Below are positions 15,154 through 19,817 of a DNA stretch of 19,817 bases, in pieces (position 1 is the stretch's first letter; each line of letters starts with the position of its first letter). Source of the DNA: Candidatus Methylomirabilia bacterium (GTDB lineage: Bacteria > Methylomirabilota > Methylomirabilia > Rokubacteriales > CSP1-6). The position numbers were made by a program, and so were the translations under genes. The notes under the pieces were generated by a model that ran no database searches, had not been told where the DNA came from, and saw only the letters and a program-made list of their open reading frames with translations. Location: positions 1-19,817 of the forward strand of contig JBGQHJ010000095.1 of NCBI GenBank assembly GCA_041497895.1. The letters run 5' to 3'.

Positions 15154-15361
15154 GGCACGGGATGGCCAGGCTGGCCAGGAAGATGACCACCGCGACCAGG
15201 ATCCGTGTGCTCGGAGTGCGCCCCGTAGAGCTTCATCCGGAGGATCGGGCGGCCAGGGAAGACGCGGCGGTGGGCGCCAGGCTGTTCGGCCGGTGGTCGG
15301 CCCGCCGCCGGCCGCAGCGGGCGCACTCGGCCACCTGGCCAGGCCCGGGCTCCTCCCGCTG
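15152..15361 (-). pseudogene. pqiA: Remnant of pqiA (paraquat-inducible protein A family): multiple deletions and frameshifts
   Basis: Three colinear pieces separated by frame switches: QVAECARCG...RPNSLAPTAASSLAA (from 15361), PILRMKLYGAHSEHT (from 15248), ILVAVVIFLASLAIPCL (from 15202). They match the PqiA CxRC, PNSL, PI-M and VIFLAS-IP motifs. Confidence 0.65.
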
Positions 15362-15372
15362 AGGGCCGGGAG

Positions 15373-15402
15373 TTGTGCGCCCGGCGCGCCCTGCCCTATG
15401 AT
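15373..15402 (+). promoter_or_regulatory. Putative sigma70 promoter TTGTGC-N18-TATGAT
   Basis: -35 at 15373-15378 and -10 at 15397-15402, ending 12 nt before ATG 15415. Confidence 0.5.
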
Positions 15403-15414
15403 GCCGGTCACTCG

Positions 15415-16122
15415 ATGTGGAGGAGAGACTGGCTGCCCGGGGTCCTCGCGGTGGCGCTCGGGCTCGTCGTGCTCGGACGGGTCGCGCAGGCCGGCTCGCC
15501 GAGCACCGTGAGCCTGCTCGACTTCGTCACCTTCGACCAGATCGACTACATCCGCTTCGCGGACGAGCCGGGCCGGACGCTGACGCGCGACGACCTCGGG
15601 ATGGAGTTCGCGACCGTCGCCTGCTCGATCGGCGAGGACAGTCGCAACTGCGCGTACGGTCTGGACGGGGGCGCCGCCTTCCTGCCCGCCGGCACCCGGG
15701 TGTACGCGGTGCGCGGGTACGCGACCGAGTTCCGGCTCGCCGCGGTGTGGAGGGATCACATCTATCTCTACCAGGCCTGGCGCAACCCGCGCGCGCGGGT
15801 CGGGGGCGCGCTCTTCGACATCGCGGGCAAGGTTCGCACCATCGAGGTGTGGCGCGGCGAGCCGACCCCGGAAGCGTCCGGGAAGCCGGCGCTGATCGCG
15901 GCGCGCGAGGACGTGGACGCGCTCGTCGGCATGATCGTGCGCGGGACGACCCGGCGCCCGCTCGCGCACGCGGCGGGCGAGCCACGCTACTGGCTCACGT
16001 TCTGGCTCACGGACGGCACCACGCTCGGCCGGTCCTATTTCCTGGAGACGGACGAGCTGATGGGTGGCGTGATCGTGGCCGGCGAATTCCGCACCCTGCT
16101 CGACCGCTACCTGGCCCGGTGA
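15415..16122 (+). CDS. Hypothetical exported protein (235 aa)
   Basis: ATG 15415 begins a signal peptide (MWRRDWLPGVLAVALGLVVLGRVAQA). High-GC3 codon pattern. No family recognised. Confidence 0.7.
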   Translation: MWRRDWLPGVLAVALGLVVLGRVAQAGSPSTVSLLDFVTFDQIDYIRFADEPGRTLTRDDLGMEFATVACSIGEDSRNCAYGLDGGAAFLPAGTRVYAVRGYATEFRLAAVWRDHIYLYQAWRNPRARVGGALFDIAGKVRTIEVWRGEPTPEASGKPALIAAREDVDALVGMIVRGTTRRPLAHAAGEPRYWLTFWLTDGTTLGRSYFLETDELMGGVIVAGEFRTLLDRYLAR

Positions 16123-16136
16123 GGCGCCCGGGGGGT

Positions 16137-16165
16137 TTGTGCGCTCGGCCGGCTTGCACTAGAAT
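16137..16165 (+). promoter_or_regulatory. Putative sigma70 promoter TTGTGC-N17-TAGAAT
   Basis: -35 at 16137-16142 and -10 at 16160-16165, ending 15 nt before ATG 16181. Confidence 0.55.
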
Positions 16166-16180
16166 GCCCTCCGCCCGGTC

Positions 16181-17698
16181 ATGCACACCCTGATCGCTTT
16201 CCTCTGCGCGACGCTCTGGCTGGCCACCGCCGGCCTCGCCGCGGCCGCGCCCGAGGGCACGCTGACCATCGCGATGCACTTCAGCCCGGTCACGCGGTGG
16301 CTCGATCCGGCCGAGGGCGAGAGCACGATCACGCCCTATCTCATGCTGGCCGCGCTGCACGACGGGCTGCTCCGGCCCACCGCGGGGAAGGCCTCGGCCC
16401 CGAGCCTGGCCGAGTCGTGGTCCATGGCCAAGGACATGACGAGCGCCGAGTTCACGCTGCGGAAGACCAGGTTCCACAACGGCGACCCGGTGACCGCCGA
16501 GGACGTGAAGTTCTCGTTCGAGCGCTACCGCGGCGGGGCGGCCAAGGTCCTGAAGGACGGCGTGAAGGAGATCCAGGTGCTCGGCCCGAGCCGCGTGCGG
16601 TTCGTGTTCAAGGAGGCCTGGCCCGACTTCCCGGCGTTCTACGGCACGTTCGTGGCGAGCGCGGGCTGGGTGGTGCCGAAGGCCTACTTCGAGCGCGTGG
16701 GCGAGGACGGTTTCCGCAAGGCGCCGGTCGGGGCCGGGCCGTACAAGTTCGTGAGCTTCAACCCGGGCGTCGAGCTGGTCGTGGAGGCGTTCGACGGCTA
16801 CTGGCGAAAGCAACCGTCCATCAAGAGAATAATCTTCCGCAGCCTCCCCGACGAGACCACGCGCGCGGCGGCGCTCAAGAGCGGCGAGGTGGACCTGGCC
16901 ATGCTGCTGAGCGGCCCCACCGCGCAGGAGGTCAAACGGACGCCCGGCCTGCGCCTGGCCGCGCCGCTGCTCGGCATCTTCTGGCTCGACTTCCCGGACC
17001 AGTGGGATCCCAAGTCGCCGTGGGCCGACAAGCGCGTGCGGCTGGCCGCGAGCCTGGCCCTCGACCGCCAGGCCCTGAACGAGGCGGAGACGCTGGGGCT
17101 CTCGCGTCCCACCGGCAGCATCGTCCCGCGCGAGTTCGAGTTCGCCCTGCCGGTGGCGCCGCCCGCGTACAATCCGGCCCGCGCCCGCCAGCTCCTCGCC
17201 GAGGCCGGGTACCCGAGCGGTTTCGACGGCGGCGAGCTGACCCCGTTCCCGCCCTACAACTCGATGGGCGAGACCATCCAGGGGTGGCTGCAGGCGGTCG
17301 GCATCCGGACCCGCATGCGCAGCATGGAGCGCGGCGCGTTCATGACGTCGTGGCGCGAGAAGAAGCTGCACGGCGTGGTGCTCACCATCAGCGGCGTCTC
17401 CGGCAACGCGGCCACGCGGCTCGAGTCGTTCGTCACGAAGAACGGCGCCTTCGCGTTCGGCTCGCTGCCCGAGGTCGACGATCTCTTCCGGCGCCAGGCC
17501 GGCGAGCTGGACCGGAAGAAGCGCGAGGCCCTGCTCCACCAGCTCCAGCGCATCCTGCAGGAGCAGGTCACCCAGGTCCCCGTCTATCACCTGGGGTTTC
17601 CGATCGGGGTCGGGCCCCGGGTGGAGGACATCATGGCCACCGCGATCCCCGGCTTCTACATGTCTCCTTACGAGGACCTGAAGCTCCGGCGGCCCTGA
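16181..17698 (+). CDS. ABC transporter substrate-binding protein, family 5 (peptide/nickel-type, 505 aa)
   Basis: Signal peptide. Motifs PSLAESW, FHNGDPVTAEDVKFSFER, PVGAGPYKFV, DKRVRLA, ARARQLLAEAGY. Confidence 0.93.
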   Translation: MHTLIAFLCATLWLATAGLAAAAPEGTLTIAMHFSPVTRWLDPAEGESTITPYLMLAALHDGLLRPTAGKASAPSLAESWSMAKDMTSAEFTLRKTRFHNGDPVTAEDVKFSFERYRGGAAKVLKDGVKEIQVLGPSRVRFVFKEAWPDFPAFYGTFVASAGWVVPKAYFERVGEDGFRKAPVGAGPYKFVSFNPGVELVVEAFDGYWRKQPSIKRIIFRSLPDETTRAAALKSGEVDLAMLLSGPTAQEVKRTPGLRLAAPLLGIFWLDFPDQWDPKSPWADKRVRLAASLALDRQALNEAETLGLSRPTGSIVPREFEFALPVAPPAYNPARARQLLAEAGYPSGFDGGELTPFPPYNSMGETIQGWLQAVGIRTRMRSMERGAFMTSWREKKLHGVVLTISGVSGNAATRLESFVTKNGAFAFGSLPEVDDLFRRQAGELDRKKREALLHQLQRILQEQVTQVPVYHLGFPIGVGPRVEDIMATAIPGFYMSPYEDLKLRRP

Positions 17699-17774
17699 CG
17701 CGGCCCCGGTCGCTTGGGGTATTATGTCCAGCGGCGCATAGAGACCCCAGACAAGAGAGGGTGGAACCCGACTG

Positions 17775-18635
17775 ATGCGATACGAGGCACCGGATTCGTT
17801 GGAAGGGGCGGTGGCCCTGCTGGCGGGGGCCCAGGGTGAGGCGCGCGTGCTGGCGGGGGGGACCGACCTCCTGGTCCAGATGCGGGCCGATATCCTCGAC
17901 CCCGATCTGATCGTCGACATCAAGAAGATCGCCGAGACCCGGGCGGTCACCGAGGAGAAGGGCGGCTGGCGCATCGGCGCCGCGGTGACGGGGGCCGAGC
18001 TGAAGGAGCACGCGCGGCTCAAGAAGGTGTGGCCCGGCGTGGTCGAGGCCGCGAACCTCATCGGCTCGACCCAGGTGCAGGGGCGCGCCACCCTGGGCGG
18101 CAACCTCTGCAACGGCTCGCCGGCGGCGGACAGCGTGCCCGCGCTCATCGCGGCGGGAGCGGTGGCCACCCTGGCCGGGCCCCGGGGCAAGCGCGACCTC
18201 CCGGTGGAGGACGTCATGCTGGGGCCCCGGAAGCTGGCGCTCCAGAAGGGCGAGATCGTCGCGTCCTTCTTATTGCCTCCCCGGCCGGCCCGCTCGAGCG
18301 ACGCCTACCTGCGCTTCATCCCGCGCACGGAAATGGACATCGCGGTGGTGGGGGCGGGGGTAAGCTTGACCGTCGACGGCGCCGGCATCGTCACCGCGGC
18401 CCGGGTGTCCCTGGGCGCGGTGGCCGCGCGGGTGCTGCTCGTCCCGGAGGCCGCGCAGGCCATCGTGGGCAGCCGGCTCGACGCGGCGGCCCAGGAGCGG
18501 CTCGAGGCGGCGGCGCGGGCGGCCTGCCGGCCGATCGACGACAAGCGGGGCACCATCGAATTCCGAATCCAGGTCGCGGGCGTGCTGGCGCGCCGGGCGG
18601 CCCTGATCGCGCTGGACCGGGCGAGGAGCAACTGA
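17775..18635 (+). CDS. FAD-binding medium subunit, xanthine/CO dehydrogenase family (CoxM-like, 286 aa)
   Basis: Motifs LAGGTDL, ATLGGNLCNGSPAADS, RTEMDIAVVG, PIDDKRG. Confidence 0.93.
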   Translation: MRYEAPDSLEGAVALLAGAQGEARVLAGGTDLLVQMRADILDPDLIVDIKKIAETRAVTEEKGGWRIGAAVTGAELKEHARLKKVWPGVVEAANLIGSTQVQGRATLGGNLCNGSPAADSVPALIAAGAVATLAGPRGKRDLPVEDVMLGPRKLALQKGEIVASFLLPPRPARSSDAYLRFIPRTEMDIAVVGAGVSLTVDGAGIVTAARVSLGAVAARVLLVPEAAQAIVGSRLDAAAQERLEAAARAACRPIDDKRGTIEFRIQVAGVLARRAALIALDRARSN

Positions 18636-19111
18636 TGGCCAAGCATCACATCGAGGCGACGGTGAACGGCGACGCGGTGGAGTTCCTCTGCGAGACGGAG
18701 GAGACGCTGCTCGACGTGCTGCGCGACACGCTCAATCTGACCGGCAGCAAGGAAGGCTGCTCCTCCGGCGACTGCGGCGCGTGCAGCGTCATGCTCGACG
18801 GCCGCCTGGTCTGCTCGTGCCTCGTGCTCGGCTGCGAGGTGAGCGGGCGCAAGATCGAGACCATCGAGGGCATGGCCAAGGGCGAATCGCTCCACCCGCT
18901 GCAGCAGCAGTTCTTGAAGAGCGCCGCGCTCCAGTGCGGCATCTGCACGCCGGGCGTGCTGGTGGCCTCCAAGGCCCTGCTCGAGCGGTCGCCCGACCCG
19001 ACGGAGACGGAGGTCCGCTACTGGCTGGCCGGCAACCTCTGCCGGTGCACGGGCTACGACAAGATCGTGAGCGCGGTGATGGAAACCGCGGCCACGATGA
19101 GAAAGGGATAG
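18635..19111 (+). CDS. (2Fe-2S)-binding small subunit (CoxS-like, 158 aa)
   Basis: TGATG overlap. Motifs GCSSGDCGACSV, QCGICTPG, NLCRCTGY. Confidence 0.94.
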   Translation: MAKHHIEATVNGDAVEFLCETEETLLDVLRDTLNLTGSKEGCSSGDCGACSVMLDGRLVCSCLVLGCEVSGRKIETIEGMAKGESLHPLQQQFLKSAALQCGICTPGVLVASKALLERSPDPTETEVRYWLAGNLCRCTGYDKIVSAVMETAATMRKG

Positions 19112-19113
19112 AT

Positions 19114-19817
19114 ATGGCCGAGACGAACGGGCACTCCCAGGCGAACGGGCAGCACTACGTCGGCACGCGCACGATCCGACCGGACGGCCTGGACAAGGTG
19201 ACGGGGCGCGCCCGCTTCGGGGCCGACTTCAACCTGCCCGGCCAGCTCATCGGCCGCGTGCTGCGCAGCCCGCACCCGCACGCGCGCATCGTCTCGATCG
19301 ACACCTCGAAGGCGGAGGCGCTGCCCGGAGTGAAGGCGGTCATCACCCGCGCGGACTTCGCCGATCAGCCGTCCGAGTTCATCCCGGCCGGCGAGATGAT
19401 GATGAACTACAAGGACGTGGTGCGGAACGTGATGGCCCGCGAGAAGGCCCTCTACGAGGGCCACGCGGTGGCCGCGGTGGCCGCCACCAGCGTAGCGATC
19501 GCCCGGCGCGCGCTCAAGCTGATCGACGTGAAGTACGAGGTGCTCCCGCACGTGATCGACGTGGTCGAGGCGATGCGGCCGGACGCCCCGCTGCTCCACG
19601 ACGACCTCTTCACGGTCGGCGTCGAGCCCAAGCCCGACAAGCCCTCGAACATCGCCAAGCGCGTCGAGATCAAGCTGGGCGACGTGGAGGCCGGATTCAA
19701 GAAGGCCGACCTCGTCATCGAGCGGGAGTTCAAGACCGCCCCGGTGCACCAGGGCTACATCGAGCCGCACGCGGCCCTCGCCACCGTGTCCGAGGACGGC
19801 TCCACCGAGCTCTGGAC
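19114..19817 (+). CDS. Molybdopterin-binding large subunit, xanthine dehydrogenase family (CoxL/CutL-like), 3' truncated by window
   Basis: Not in the ORF track because there is no stop in the window. ATG 19114 reads MAETNGH...RPDGLDKVTGRARFGAD...LRSPHPHARI...HQGYIEPH and stays open to the window end. Confidence 0.92.
   Translation, partial: MAETNGHSQANGQHYVGTRTIRPDGLDKVTGRARFGADFNLPGQLIGRVLRSPHPHARIVSIDTSKAEALPGVKAVITRADFADQPSEFIPAGEMMMNYKDVVRNVMAREKALYEGHAVAAVAATSVAIARRALKLIDVKYEVLPHVIDVVEAMRPDAPLLHDDLFTVGVEPKPDKPSNIAKRVEIKLGDVEAGFKKADLVIEREFKTAPVHQGYIEPHAALATVSEDGSTELW

Noticed and set aside
14936..15190. 84-aa ORF as an intact small protein
   Set aside because: It is a chimera of a PqiA-like fragment, out-of-frame sequence and a PqiB-like fragment.
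19125..19151. Short duplication GAACGGGCA at the start of the last CDS
   Set aside because: Only 9 bp twice, in a low-complexity N-terminal tail (NGH/NGQ). Not distinguishable from chance.
17775..19817. Calling the operon an aerobic CO dehydrogenase (coxMSL)
   Set aside because: The diagnostic AYxCSFR loop would lie beyond the window, and the medium-small-large order is shared with many other XDH-family enzymes.

Overview
Very GC-rich, densely coding bacterial window with 17 CDSs (2 cut by the window edges), mostly for catabolism or redox chemistry. The gene repertoire suggests Candidatus Rokubacteria, but that is only an inference. In order: the 3' end of an HpaB-family flavin monooxygenase; an MBL-fold lipoprotein (minus strand); a 2-oxoacid/acetoin dehydrogenase E1-beta and E2 pair with no E1-alpha or E3; a translationally coupled run of a TTC38-like TPR protein, a 2Fe-2S subunit, a Tat-exported molybdopterin subunit, a TauD/TfdA dioxygenase and a dienelactone hydrolase; a cupin; a benzoylformate-decarboxylase-like ThDP enzyme; a minus-strand membrane protein and DUF3943-like protein behind a heavily eroded pqiA-pqiB remnant; a secreted hypothetical protein; an orphan family-5 solute-binding protein; and the start of a CoxMSL/XDH-type FAD-FeS-Mo operon. 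The most striking non-gene signal is a palindromic repeat present five times with an invariant 22-mer (GGGGAGAGGGCAGGGTGAGGGG). Two copies are translated in frame inside the E2 gene at inter-domain linkers. The lipoyl domain is bracketed by an identical 42-bp direct repeat, and the two subunit-binding domains by a perfect 22-bp inverted repeat.
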